From assembly GCF_009914755.1 (NCBI RefSeq), contig NC_060938.1: a DNA stretch of 64,000 bases. One strand, 5' to 3'. Below, piece by piece: positions 28,434-41,919 of the stretch; within the stretch, counting starts at the first letter, position 1; each line of letters begins with the position of its first letter. The notes beneath the pieces are model-generated. The model was not told where the DNA came from, ran no database searches, and saw only the letters and a list, made by a program, of their open reading frames with translations. A program made the position numbers and the translations under genes. Source of the stretch: the human T2T-CHM13v2.0 reference genome, Homo sapiens.

Positions 28434-28598
28434 AGGCTGAGTACAGTGGCACATACCTTGTGGTCCTAGCTACTCAGGAGGCTGAGGTGGGAGGATCACT
28501 TGAGCCTGGGAGGCAGAGTCTGCAGTGAGCTGAGGTCACACCACTGCACTCCAGCCTGGACAAGAGTGAGACCCTCTCTCAAAAAAAAAAAAAAAACA
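28434..28598 (+). mobile_element. Alu monomer (FRAM/right arm)
   Basis: ggctgagtacagtggcac...gctgaggtgggaggatcacttgagcc...ccactgcactccagcctgg with an A tail. Confidence 0.85.
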
Positions 28599-28995
28599 AC
28601 TTGATAGTATTTCAATTTCGTGAATGTTTTAAGACTTGTTTTGTGACCTAATTTATGGTCTGTCCTTGTAATACTATCCATGTGCTGAGGAGAAGAATGT
28701 GTATTCTGCAGCCATTGGATGAAATGTTCTATAAGTATTTATTAGGTCCATTTGGTTTCTGATGCAGATTAAGTCTGATGTTCCTTTGTTGATTTTCTGT
28801 CTGTCCAATTCTGAAAGTGAGGTGTTGAAATCTCCAGCTATGATTATATTGGGGTCTACCTCTCTCGTTAGCTGTAATATTTGCTTTATGTATCTGGGTG
28901 CTCCAGTGTTGAGTGCATATATATTTATAATTATTATATCTTCTTGATGAATTGATCCCTTTATCATTATATAGTGACCTTCTTTGTCCCTTTTT

Positions 28996-30422
28996 TTTTT
29001 TTTTGGAAAATAATGGAATTTATTCTAGACAGGATTTCTTTTTTTTTTTTTCCTGCCTTCAAGCATCTGTTTAACAAAGCACATCTTGCACCGCCCTTAA
29101 TCCATTTAACCCTGAGTTGACACAGCACATGTTTCAGAGAGCACACGGTTGGGGGTAAGGTTATAGATTAACAGCATCCCAAGGCAGAAGAATTTTTCTT
29201 AGTACAGAACAAAATGGAGTCTCCTATGTCTACTTCTTTCTACACAGACACAGTAACAATCTGATTTCTCTTTCTTTTCCCCACATTTCCCCCTTTTCTT
29301 TTTGACAAAACCACCATCATCATCATGGCCTGTTCTCGATGGTCGCTGTCTCTTTGGAGCTGTTGGGTACACCTCCCAGATGGGGCAGCCAGGCAGAGGC
29401 ACTCCTCACTTCCCAGACGGGGCGGCCGGGCAGAGGCGCTCCTCACTTCCCAGACGGGGCGGCCGGGCAGAGGCGCTCCTCACCTCCCAGACGGGGCGGC
29501 CGGGCAGAGGCGCTCCCCACTTCCCAGATGGGGCGGCCGGGCAGAGGCACTCCCCACTTCCCAGACGGGGCGGCCGGGCAGAGGTGCTCCACACTTCCCA
29601 GACGGGGTGGCCGGGCAGAGGCGCTCCACACTTCCCAGACGGGGTGGCCGGGCAGAGGTGCTCCCCACTTCCCAGATGGGGCGGCCGGGCAGAGGCGTTC
29701 CCCACTTCCCAGACGACGGGCAGCCGGGCAGAGGCGCTCCTCATTTCCCAGATGGGGCGGCCGGGCAGAGGCGCTTCTCACCTCCCAGACGGGGCGGCCG
29801 GGCAGAGGCGCTCCTCACCTCCCAGACGGGGCGGCCGGGCAGAGGCGCTCCTCACCTCCCAGACGGGGCGGCCGGGCAGAGGCGCTCCTCACTTCCCAGA
29901 CGATGGGCGGCCGGGCAGAGGCACTCCTCACCTCCCAGACAGGGCAGCCGGGCAGAGACGCTCCTCACTTCCCAGACGGGGCGGCCAGGCAGAGACTCTC
30001 CTCACCTCCCAGATGGGGCAGCTGGGCAGAGGTGGCTCCTCACATCCCAGACAGGGCAGCCGGGCAGAGGCGCTCCTCACTTCCTAGACGGGGCGGCCGG
30101 GCAGAGGCGCTCCTCACCTCCCAGACGAAGGGCGGCCGGGCAGAGGCGCTCCTCACATCCCAGACGATGGGCGGCCGGGCAGAGACGCTCCTCACCTCCC
30201 AGACGGGGCGGCCGGGCAGAGGCGCTCCCCACTTCCCAGACGGGGCAGCCGGGCAGAGGCGCTCCCCATTTCCCAGACGGGGCGGCTGGGCAGAGATGCT
30301 CCTCACTTCCCAGACGGGGCAGCTGCCAGGCAGAGGCGCTCCTCACCTCTCAGACGGGGCGGCCTGGCAGAGGCACTCCTCAGTTCCCAGACGGGGCGGC
30401 CAGGCAGAGGCGCTCCTCACCT
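28996..30422 (-). mobile_element. SVA_A-like element, 5'-truncated in the VNTR, 3'-truncated in SINE-R, with a 3' transduction
   Basis: 18-bp TSD ccttctttgtcccttttt at 28978-95 and 30423-40. Partial SINE-R ~29052-29372 retains the 16-bp segment gtcgctgtctctttgg that the other SVA lacks. VNTR of ~37-40-bp units 29373-30422. No Alu-like or hexamer domain. Confidence 0.93.
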
Positions 30423-33400
30423 CCTTCTTTGTCCCTTTTTATAGTTTTTTTTTCTTGAAATCTATTTTGTCTATTACAGGTATAGCTACTCCTGCTCTTT
30501 TTTGGTTTTCATTGGCATGAAATATCTTTTTCCATCCCTTTATTTTTAGTCTGTGTGTCTTTATAGGTGAAGTATGTTTCTTGTAGGTAACAGATCATTG
30601 AATTTTGTGTTTCTTAGCTATTCAGCCACTCTATGTCTTTTGATTGGAGAATTCAGTTTGTTTACATTTAGTGTTATTAATAATAAGTAAGATCTTACTC
30701 CTGCCATTTTGTTATTTGTTTTCTGGTTATTTTGTGGTCTTCTCTTCCTTCTTTCCTTCCTTTCTATTTTCCTTTTAGTGAAGGTGATTTTCTCTGGTGG
30801 TTTGTTTTAATTTCTTGCTTTTTATTTTTTGTGTATTCATTGTATGTTTTTTGATTTGAGATTATCATGAGGCTTGCAAATAACTTATAGCTCGTTATTT
30901 TAAACTGATGACAATTTGGCACCGATTGCATAAACAAACATGCAATCAAAAAGAAGTCTAATAAATACTCTGTACTTTGTCCCCCCAACTTTTTAACTTT
31001 CTGTTATTTCTATTTATATCTTATGGTACCAAGTATGTCTTGAAAAGTTGTAGTTATTTTTGATCGGTTCATCTTTTAGTCTTTTACTTAAGATATCAAT
31101 AGGTTACATACCACAATTACAGTGTTATAAAATTATGTGGTTTTTTGTATGCTTAGTATGACCAGTGAGGTACCTTCAGATCATTTTTTAATTGCCCATT
31201 AACACCTTTTTTCCTTCAAATTGAAGGATTCCCCTTAGCATTTCTTGTAGAACAGGTCTGATGTTGATGAAATCTCTCAGCTTTTGTTTGTCTGGGAAAG
31301 TCTTTATTTCTTCTTTAAGCTTGAAGGATGTTTTCACTGGATATACTATTCTAGGGTAAAAGTTTTTTTTCCCTCAGTAGTTTATGTCATACCACTCTCT
31401 TTTGGCCTGTAATGTTTCCACTGAAAAGTCTGCTGTCAGACATATTGGAGCTCCATGGTATGTTATTTATTTTTTCTTTTGCTGCTTTTAGGATCCTTTC
31501 TTTATCCTTGACCTTTGGAAGTTTGGTTATTAAATGCCTTGAATGGTAGTCTTCTTTGGGTTAAATCTGGTTGATGTATAACTTTCTTGTACTTGAATAT
31601 TGATATCTTTGTCTAGAATTCGGATGTTCTCTGTTTCATCCCTTTGAATAAACGTTCTGTTCCTATCTCTCTCTGCCTCCTTCTTAAGGCCAATAACTGT
31701 TAGATTTGCCCTTTTGAAACTATTATTTAGATCTTATAGGCATGCTTCATTGTTTTTCATTCTTTTTTCTTTTGTCTCTGTTGACAGTGTATTTTCAAAT
31801 AGCCTGTCTTTAAGCTTACCAATTCTTTCTTCTGCTTGATGACTTCTATTAAGAGACTCAGTATGTCAGCTGCATTTTTCAACCCCAGAATTTCTGCTTG
31901 ATTCCTTTTAATTGTTTCAACCTCTTTGTTAACTTTATCTGATAGGATTCTGAATTCCTTCTTTGTGTTATCTTGAACTTCTTTGCATTTCCTCAAAATA
32001 GCTCTTTTGAATTCCCTCTCTGAAAGGTCACATATCTATGTTTCTTCAGGATTTGGTCCCTGGTGCCTTATTTAGTTTGTTTTTCAAGGCCATGTTTTCC
32101 TGGATGGTCTTGATGCTTGTGGGTGTTCATTGGTGTCTGGGCATTGAAGGTATTTATCGTAGTCTTCACAATCTGAACTCTTTTGTACCTGTCTTAGAAA
32201 GGCTTTCCAGATATTTGAAGGGAGTTGGCTGTTGTGATCCAGTTTTGGTCATTGCAGCCATATCTACATTAGGGGGCACCCCAAGCCCGATAATGCTGTG
32301 GTTCTTACAGACTTGCAGAGGTACTACCTTTGTGGTCTTAGATAAGGTCTAGAAGAATTCTCTGGATTACCAAGCAGAGACTCTTGTTCTCTTCCCTTAC
32401 TTTGTCCCAAACAAACGAGTCTCTGATTCTGTGCTCCAAGCCTCTTGTAGTTGGGGGAGTGGTGACACAAGCACTTTTGTGGCTACCACCACTGGAACTA
32501 CACTAGACCAGACCTGAAACCAGCATAGCACTGGATCTCACCCAAGGCCCAGTGTAACCCCTACCTGGCTACCTCCTGTGTTGGCTCAAAGTTCTAGGGC
32601 TCTATAATGAGCAGGTGGCAAAGCCAGTCAGGCTTTTATCCATCCCTTCAGGACAGCAAGCAAGTTCCCCTGGGCCCCAGGCAGGTCCAGAGATGCCATC
32701 TGGGAGCCAGCATCTGGAGTTGGAAACCTTAGAACCCTATCTGGTCCTCTATTCTCCTGCAGCTGAGCTGGCATCCAAACCATAAGGCAAAGTGCTTCCC
32801 ACTTTTCACTCCTCTTTTCATAGGCAAAAGAGTCTCTCCCTATGGCCACCACCACTACAAGCCCACAGGGATTATTGCCAGGCTACGGTTCATGTTCACT
32901 TAAGGCCCAAGGGCTCTTCAGTCAGCTTGTGGTGAATGTTGCCAGGCCTGGGACTCGCCCTTCAGGGCACTGGGCTCCCCTCTGGCCCAGGCAGGTCCAG
33001 GAGTGCCATACAAGAGCCAAGGTCTGGAATCAGGAACCCCAAGAGCCCACTTGGTGCTCTGTTCCACTGTGGCTGAGCTGTTATCCAAGTTGCAAGATAA
33101 AGTCCTCTTTACTCTTCCCTCTCTACTGCTCAAGTGGAAGGAAGGAGTCTCTTTTGGAGCTGTGAACTGCACTGCCTTAGATTAGGGAAAGGGTGGCATA
33201 AGCACTGCCTTAGCCACCTCAGCTGGTGGCTCACTAGGTTACGTGCCCCCTAGGTCCAATGACTCTCGAACCCAGCACAGCACTAAAACTTGCCTAGAAA
33301 TTACAGTTCTTGTGGCCTAGACTGCCTTTCAAGTTCATTTAGGGCCCCAGGACACTTCAGCCTATAGTGGTGCGGCTTGTTGAAACTCAGGCTCCAACCG

Positions 33401-34360
33401 CTGGGATGGACATTTCCCCTCTGGCTAGGGCACATCTAAGTTCTCCCTCCATGGGCATTGGCTGAGTTCTTTGCTAATGGCCCGGGTGTTGCTTGCCAGT
33501 TGGCCTGGTGTTGCTTTCTGCTGTGACATGGTAACACTGAGTTCCAGTGCAAAGTCCCACAATCACTGTGCTCCCCCTCCCCCAAGCACACAGATTCTTT
33601 GCACCACACGGCCACTGCATGGGGGTGGAAGGGGTAGTAGACAATCGAAAACTGTCTTTCCTACTCTCTTCAGTGTCTCTTTCAGCAATATGAAGTTAAA
33701 ATCAGGTACTGTGATCACTTACCTGATTTTTGGTTCTTGTGAAGGTGCTTTTTTGTGTAGATAGTTGTTAAATTTGGTGTTCCTGTGGTGGGGGCAGCGA
33801 TTGGTTGAGGCTTCTATTCAGCCATCTTGCTTCATCTCCCTCCAATAGATTAAAAAAAAAAAAAGATTTTAGAATTATCTAATTTTTTTCTTTAAAAGAT
33901 GTAGATGATTGGCTTATAATTATAATCTTCAGGTGTTTCCAGAGTCATTGTGTTCTGTCATGAAAGTAATGCAAGAGCAATTTTGCTGTAATGAAAAGCT
34001 AGAAGTTTCGAGAACACTTTATTTTCTAATTCCAAAACAACAACAAAAAATAGAACTTTGCTAGCTGGCTGTGTCTACTGTCATTCTTTGATTAGATACT
34101 TTGAGTTCTGCATACCATGAGGTGTTGGTATGATAGCATGTTATGATAGAAACTTTTAGAAAAGACCAGAGACTTGAGAGATAGACTAACCTGCATGTGA
34201 AATTCACCTCCGTCACTTTTGCTCTGGTATTTCGAGCAAGTTATTTAACTTCCTTTGTAAAGTGAAGATTATACTTCTTTAGAGTTGCTGTGAGGATGAA
34301 AGCACTCAGAATAAGTTCTTGTTGAATGGTGGATGTATAAGGAATACCATGTGGTAATGA

Positions 34361-34630
<270 letters not shown>

Positions 34631-34914
34631 TAAGAATCTGATTTTTTCCCTCAAACTGTGATATGTAGTAGTTAGGGTTATGTATCTTTACAATATATTG
34701 TGAATTTTACAATATGTAGTTCAATTTTTATAGTCCCACCAAAGGACAGAGGTTCTAGAGCTATCCTAAGGACACATGGAGACTATTTTTTTTTGTTTGT
34801 TTACTTAGAACAGCTAAGAAAGTTGCTTAGTAGTGCTCTATTACTGTCTCCAGTTCTCCTCTTCCTTTGCTTCTTTCTCCTCTTATCACAGCTCTCTTTT
34901 GGCTTTTGTTGTTG

Positions 34915-35063
34915 TTATTTTTGAGATAGGGTCTCACTCTGTCACCCAGGCTGAAGTGTAGTGGCTCACTGCAGCCTCAACCACCCTGGGCTCAAGTGAT
35001 CCTCCTACCTCAGCCTCCCAAGTATAATAGCTGGGTCTAAAGGCATGTATCACCATGTCCAGC
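34915..35063 (-). mobile_element. Alu monomer (AluJ/FRAM right arm)
   Basis: gagatagggtctcactctgtcacccaggctg...ctcaagtgatcctcctacctcagcctccc. Confidence 0.85.
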
Positions 35064-35639
35064 TTCTTTTTATTTTTATTTTCATATTTCCCACCCCACA
35101 TCTTTCCTTGTGTCTTAGTCTTCATATGTAGAGGAGTTATTGACCCCATTCTAAGTGTTAGACGTAAAGAAGGTACATGTGAAGTCAGAATATCAAATCG
35201 TATTTCTTCTCATGTAACTTTTGATTGAAATTCAATGGAATCATTCGTTCTGCCCACTTCATCTCTATAGAGCCCACTGAACAATTCCAATTTCCCCAGA
35301 AAAAGAGTGATTATGAAGGATGTGGGAAGGAAAGATGATAGAATAGATGTTCATATGATTGTATCCACATCTGGGTTATAGTCTGGAATGCAAAGCAAAG
35401 AATAGCCGTGAAGATGGCAGAGTAACTCTGGTGAAATCAAACCTTCACTCCAGATTCATAATAAAAAACTGGCCTTAAGTTTGGCCCATATACTGTGACC
35501 TAAAGGCGTATAAGTCTACCTTTTTCTACATATAAATAGTGATTTAGTAATTTGGGGGGAGGGGAAGGCAAGATTTAAGGAGGGTGTTTTAATTTATGAA
35601 AATAAACTGTTATTTTTATTTCCATTAATATTGCTTTGG

Positions 35640-35958
<319 letters not shown>

Positions 35959-36733
35959 CTAAGATGGGAGGAGAGAGGAGAAAACTGTGGAAGTCAGTGC
36001 CTTATTCAGTACAGGGAAGTGTGAATCTGTGTCCCCAATTTTACAATTTTGGGGCTTTTCTTAAATATGACAGGTGAAATTAATATCTGCTGTCATTTGA
36101 TATGGTGAAAAACAGAGAAAGGAAATGCATTATGCCCACAACAGAAGGGCTGGAATCGGTTTCATTTACCTAAAATAGTAAAAACCGTTAAAAGGTTTGC
36201 TGGTCTTAACGGTGCTGTAAAAGTTTATCCAGGTCTATGTTTTCCTGGGACAACTTTTAAGTTCTACAAGCTGGCAGTTATGGTGACTCTCCAGGGTAAA
36301 ATAAAGAGGAAAACCCTTGGTATCAGAACTTTACAAATAATATCTCTAATGTTCTTTAGTAACAACTGTGAATCCTGGTATCATCCTGGTAACAAAAATC
36401 TTAAGTTGTATTCAGTTTTTTTCCAGACAGCTGGTTGCTGCCTAGTATGAAATGCAGCTCTGAAATTTCCCATTTATTCCTAAGATGTGAATTATTTTCT
36501 CTATAAGAAATCATTCTTCAAAGGCTTTACTTACTTTCTAATTCCCCTTGTATTGTTTAGCCTGCAAATATATTTAGAATATGTATTTTTGAGTTTTTAA
36601 AATACTATGTGTTTTACTTTTTCTAATAGTGAAAATGAAAGAAAAATCAGTTAAAAATGCCTATAATGCCACCATAAGTAGGGGTATAAATTGAGTACCC
36701 TCAAAGCACCCAGTGTCAGTACATTACCAGTAG

Positions 36734-36931
<198 letters not shown>

Positions 36932-37228
36932 TAAGTTAGACCAACTAGTGATTCTAGAGTGGGGTTGTCTCTTTCAGTTTAAAAGAATTCTTACTTCCCA
37001 TGACTTGTGATTTTTGTATATTATTATTGCTAATTATTAGGGTTTTAAAAATTCAATGGACTATGTACTTGTGTAACTGTCAGTCTAATCAAAGTGTTTT
37101 TATTAGCCATATCCAATAATGCCTTATAAGAAGTCTAAAATGAACTGGACCACTGACTTACGCATTGTCACCAGCAATAATCATTATTATCATTAAAAGT
37201 ATCACCCTACTTCTTGGTACTAAAATCT

Positions 37229-37610
37229 TCACTAGTCTGTTGGAGCTGCCATAACAAAATAACATAGACTGAGTGGTTTAAATTACAGAAATTTGTTTCT
37301 CCCAGGTCTGAGGCTGGGAAATTCAAGATCAAGATGCTAGCAAGGTAGATTTCATTTTCTCTTGGCTTGTAAGCAGCCACTATTTCACTCTGTGCTCTTG
37401 TGACCTCTTCTTTGTGTGTGCAGGGAACAGGAGAGGAAGTGTTCTGATGTCTCCACATATAAGGACACTAATCTCATCATGAGGGCCCCATTCTCATGAC
37501 CTCATCTAAGCCTAATTATTTCTCAGTGGTCCTATTTCCAAACACCATCACATTGGGGTTAGGGATTCAACATAGGAATTTGTGCGAATGTAAACGTTCA
37601 GTCGATAACA
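37229..37610 (-). mobile_element. MLT1A-family solo LTR
   Basis: gctgccataacaaaat...aagatcaagatgctagc...tataaggacactaatc...ccatcacattggggttaggg...cagtcgataaca. Confidence 0.8.
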
Positions 37611-38934
37611 CTAGCCAGCCATACAGACTGTTAGCAATAAAACCAGGTGCTTATCGTTTTGATTTCACTGACTTCATTAACAGTTACAGACAACTGAACA
37701 CATATGTAGAGTTTTGTCTTATAATAATTTGTGGAATTTGAAAGTTATACTAAAGAAAGGTAAGGAATCAAAAAGTAAGTTTTGTAAGTTGAGGAATAAA
37801 GACTACTACTGTGTATGGAACAGTAACAATTATTTTTTGAGCTTGCCTGTATTTCAGGCACTGTGCTGGTGCTGGGGATTTCATGATAAACAAGATACTC
37901 CCTGCTGTCAAGGAATTCCCAAATCTAATAGGGCAATAAACAATTACCCTACAGTTGAGTAACACTATTATAGGGTTAACATGGGGTATTATGAAAACAC
38001 ATAGATAAAGCACAAATCCTGATTGGACACTTCTTATAGGATCTGAGTAAACCTGGAGTTAGTCTTTATTTACTATCAATAAATGAAGGATGTATTAAAT
38101 GTATGTAAAAGTAGGAAATTAAGGAGAAGAAAATTCTAGTCTTAGTTCTGCTCAGATACTATCTCCTCCAGAAGTCATCCCTGAACCCTTGACTGGCCTG
38201 TGTTCCCCACTCTGTACAGTTCTCTGTTGTAGTGTTTAGCACTTGCTTACTTCTGTCTCCTTCACTAGATTATAAGTACTTTGGACATAATACCTAGCTG
38301 TAGTTAAATGCCCAGTAAATATTAAATGGTATTGATTTCAATCCCATCAGTTTGAAAACATTAACACTTAATCATTTAAGCTTTTTGGCTATTTAATTAA
38401 TGTATTTGTTGTCCCCCATGTTTCAAATGGGGATGAGGAAAATAAATAAATTTAGAATGAGGACTATAATGCAGGTATTAATCTAAGTCATTAGATAATA
38501 ATTTAAATCCTCTTTCTACCTCTGAAGAATCCAAATGAACCTGAAGCAAATTGCCTTTTTTATTCAAGGCTCCCTCTCTTGAGCATATGCACACACTACC
38601 ATATACATGCGCGCATGCGTGCACACACACACACACTGAGATGTGTATATATATAAACAAAGGGCAAATAATTCATCAGCCAAGTATAAGAATGAGTTAA
38701 TGTAAGAGGGATTAAATGAACATTTGGGCACAAAACACAATAAAAAAATGTATAGTTTACCATGTTTCTTCAATTTAAAACACCAAACTGAATTTGTAGC
38801 TTGGTTGAAGAAAAAGATACTAATTTTGTCTACTCTTTCACTTGTTCTGGAACGCATCACAAGCTTTTTTCCTTGTTTTCTTGATGAGCAAATTAATTCA
38901 TGCTCACTTAAAAATATGCAAGTTGGTAAATACC

Positions 38935-41126
38935 CTATTAGTTCATTTTCACACTGCTGATAGACATACCCCAGACTGGGCAATTTACAAAAGTAAGAGG
39001 TTTAATAGACTTACAGTTCCACATCCCTGGTGGGGCTCACAATCTTGGTAGAAGGTGAAAGGCAATTCTCACATGGCAGCGGACTAGAGAAGAGAGCTTG
39101 TGCAGGGAAACTCCCATTTTTCAAACCATTAGATCTTGTGAGACTATTCGCTATCACGAGAACACCAGGGGAAAGATTTGCCCCCGTGATTCAATTACCT
39201 TCCACTGGGTCCCTCCCACAACACCTGAGAATTCAAGATGAGATTTGGGTGGAGACACAGCCAAACCATATCATTCCACCCCTGGCCACTCCCAAATCTC
39301 ATGTCTTCACATTTCAAAACCAGTCATACTTTCCCAACAGTCCCCCCGGAGTCTTAACTCATTTAAGCATTAACTCAAAAGTCCAGAGTCCAAAGTCTCA
39401 TCGAAGACAAGGCAAGTCCCTTCCACCTATGAGCCTATAAAATCAAAAGCAAGTTAGTTGCTTCCTAGATACAGTGGGGGTACAGGCATTGGATAAATAC
39501 AGCCATTACAAATGAGAGAAATTGGCCAAAACAAAGGGGCTACAGGCCCCATGCAAGTCCGAAATCCAGTGGGGCAGTCGAATGTTAAAGCTTCAAAATG
39601 ATCTCCTTTGACTCCACGCCTCACAGCCAGGTCACAGTGATGCAAGAGGTGAGCTCCTTTGGCCTTGGGCAGCTCCACCCCTATGGCTTTGCAGTGTATA
39701 GCCCCCCTCCTGGCTGCTTTCACGGGCTGTCATTAAGTGTCTGCGGCTTTTCCAGGTGCATGGTGCAAGCTGTTGGTGGATGTACCATTCTGGAGTCTGG
39801 AGGATGGTGGCCCTCTTCTAACAGCTCCACTAGGCGGTGTCCCAGTAGGGACTCTGTGTGGGGGCTCTGACCCCACATTTTGCTTCTCTACTGCCCTAGC
39901 AGAGGTTTTCCATGACAGCCCCATTCCTGCAGCAAACTTCTGCCTGGGCATCCAGGTGTTTTTATACATCCTCTGAAATCCAGGCAGAGGTTCCCAAACC
40001 TCAGTTCCTGACTTCTGTGCGCTCACAGGCCCAACACCATGTGGAAGCTGCCAAGGCTTGGGGCTTCCACCCTCTGAAGCAATAGTCTGAGCTGTATACT
40101 TTAGCCCCTTTTTGTCATGACGGAAGCAGCTGGGATGCAGGGCACCAAGTCCCTAGACTGAACACAGCAGAGGAACCCTGAGCCCAGTCCACAATATCAT
40201 TTTTTCCTCCTAAACCTCTGGGCCTCTGATGTGAGGGGCTGCCACAAAGGTCTCTGACATACCCTGGAGACATTTTCCCCATTGTATTGGTGATTAACAC
40301 TCGGCTCCTCATGACTTACACAAGTTTTCTGCAGCTGGCTTGAATTTCTCCTCAGAAAATGGGATTTTCTTTTCTGTCACATTGTCAGGCTGCAAATTTT
40401 CCAAACTTTTATGCTCTGCCCCCCTTATAAAACTGAATGCCTTTAGCAGCAACCAAGTCACCTCTTGAAATCTTTGCTGCTTAGAAATTTCTTCCGCCAG
40501 ATACCCTAAATCATCTCTCTCAAGTTCAAAGTTCCACAAATCTCTAGGGCAGAGACAAAATGCTGCCAGTCTCTTTGCTAAAACATAACAAGAGTCACCT
40601 TTGCTCTAGTTCCCAACAAGTTCCTCATCTCCATCTGAGACCACCTCAGCCCATACTTTATTGTCCATATCACTGTCAGCATTTTGGGCAAAGCCATTCA
40701 ACAAGTCTCTAGGAAGTTCGAAACTCCCACATTTTCCTGTCTTCTTCTGAGCCCTCCAAACTGTTCCACCCTCTGCCTGTTACCCAATTCCAAAGTCACT
40801 TCCACATTTTCAGGTATCTTTTCAGCAGCACTCCACTTCTTGTACCAATTTACTGTATTAGTCCATTTTCACACTGCTAATAAAGACATACTCAGGACTG
40901 GGCAATTTACAAAAGAAAGAGGTTTAATGGACTTACAGTTCCACATAGCTGGGGTGGCCTCACAATCATGATGGAAGGCGAAAGGCGTGACTTATGTGGT
41001 GGCAGACAAGAGAAGAGAGCTTGTGCAGGGAAACTCCTGTTTTTAAAACCATCGAATCTCATGAGACTTATTCACTATCATGAGAACAGCACGGGAAAGG
41101 TTTGGGGACCCAGCCAAACCATATCA
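38935..41126 (-). mobile_element. Complete THE1 (THE1A/B) MaLR provirus: 5'LTR 41126-40854, internal 40853-39274, 3'LTR 39273-38935
   Basis: Two homologous LTRs both end cagccaaaccatatca on +. The internal region matches THE1-int (minus strand begins gtaaattggtac; MWNFELERDDLGYLAEEISKQQ remnant). TSD atacc/ttacc. Confidence 0.93.
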
Positions 41127-41187
41127 TTACCGAATCAAGGAAAAAGTATTATCCTCAATCCCATTTATGTAGTCTCATTTTCTAATA

Positions 41188-41546
41188 CAGTCATGTACCA
41201 CATAACATTTCAGTCAGCGATGAAACACCTGTATGATGGTAGTCCCATAGATTATAAAACTATACTTTTACTGTACCTTTTCTATGTTTAGATACACAAA
41301 TAGTTACCATTGTGTTACAACTACCTTCAGTATTCAATACAATAGCTTGCTGTACAGGTTTGTAGCCTGGGAGCAATAAGCTATTCCATATAGCCTAGGT
41401 GGATATATATGTATAGCCTAGGTGTGGTATAGTTGGCTATGCCATCTAGGTTTTTGTAAATACACCCTATGATGTTTGCATGATGATAACATGCCTAATG
41501 ATGTATTTCTCAGAACATATCCTCGTTGTTAACTGGAGCATGACTG
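41188..41546. mobile_element. Tigger3a/MER7-like DNA transposon (Tc1/mariner-type MITE)
   Basis: TIRs CAGTCATG...CATGACTG flanked by TA (41186-87, 41547-48); internal tttagatacacaaat...tgtacaggtttgtagcct. Confidence 0.85.
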
Positions 41547-41640
41547 TAGTTGATCGAATTCTATATAATTTAAACTCTTTTCACTTAATACAGCAATAGA
41601 TCCATTCCCCTAGGTTGCTAAAATAGTCATTGTAAACATG

Positions 41641-41919
41641 TTTTTTTTTTTTTTTTTTTTGCTTTGTCACCCAGGCTGGAATGCGTTGGTGCAAGCATGG
41701 CTCACTGCAGCCTCAACCTCCTGGGCTCAAGAAATCCTCCTTCCTCAGCTTCCTGAGTAGCTGGGACCATTGGCATGCAGCATCATGCCCAGCTAATTTT
41801 TTATGGTAGAGACGGGATTGCATGTTGCTCAGGCTGGTCTCGAACTCCTGGGCTCAAGCAGTCCTCCTGCCTTGTCCTCCAAAGTGCCGGGATTACTGTC
41901 GTGAGCCACCATGCCCAGC
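41641..41919 (-). mobile_element. AluJ
   Basis: Antisense Alu with a T tail, flanked by taaacat on both sides. Confidence 0.9.

Larger units (their letters stand above)
25378..33842 (-). mobile_element. Near full-length L1MA2/3-like LINE (5'UTR to 3'UTR) with internal deletion and nested inserts
   Basis: 3' end tgtgggtacatagtaggt...cacatcagggtaaatggggtatccatcacc. ORF2 remnants (GFIPEMQGW...[11 protein letters not shown]; endonuclease IIAGDFNT). ORF1 remnant ~31750-32000. 5' end cttctattcagccatcttgc at ~33810-30. Confidence 0.88.

Noticed and set aside
29373-30422. Regular ~37-bp repeat array superficially like a CRISPR array
   Set aside because: Contiguous tandem units with no unique spacers, in eukaryotic DNA with no cas genes. 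It is an SVA VNTR.
29302-30520. Long ORFs of 261, 377 and 393 aa
   Set aside because: Translations of the SVA VNTR (repeating [10 protein letters not shown] / [10 protein letters not shown]). They are open in several frames on both strands because the repeat unit lacks stops. No independent evidence of a gene.
39030-41291. Several 65-136 aa ORFs
   Set aside because: Fragments of THE1 LTR and internal sequence, broken by stops and frameshifts.
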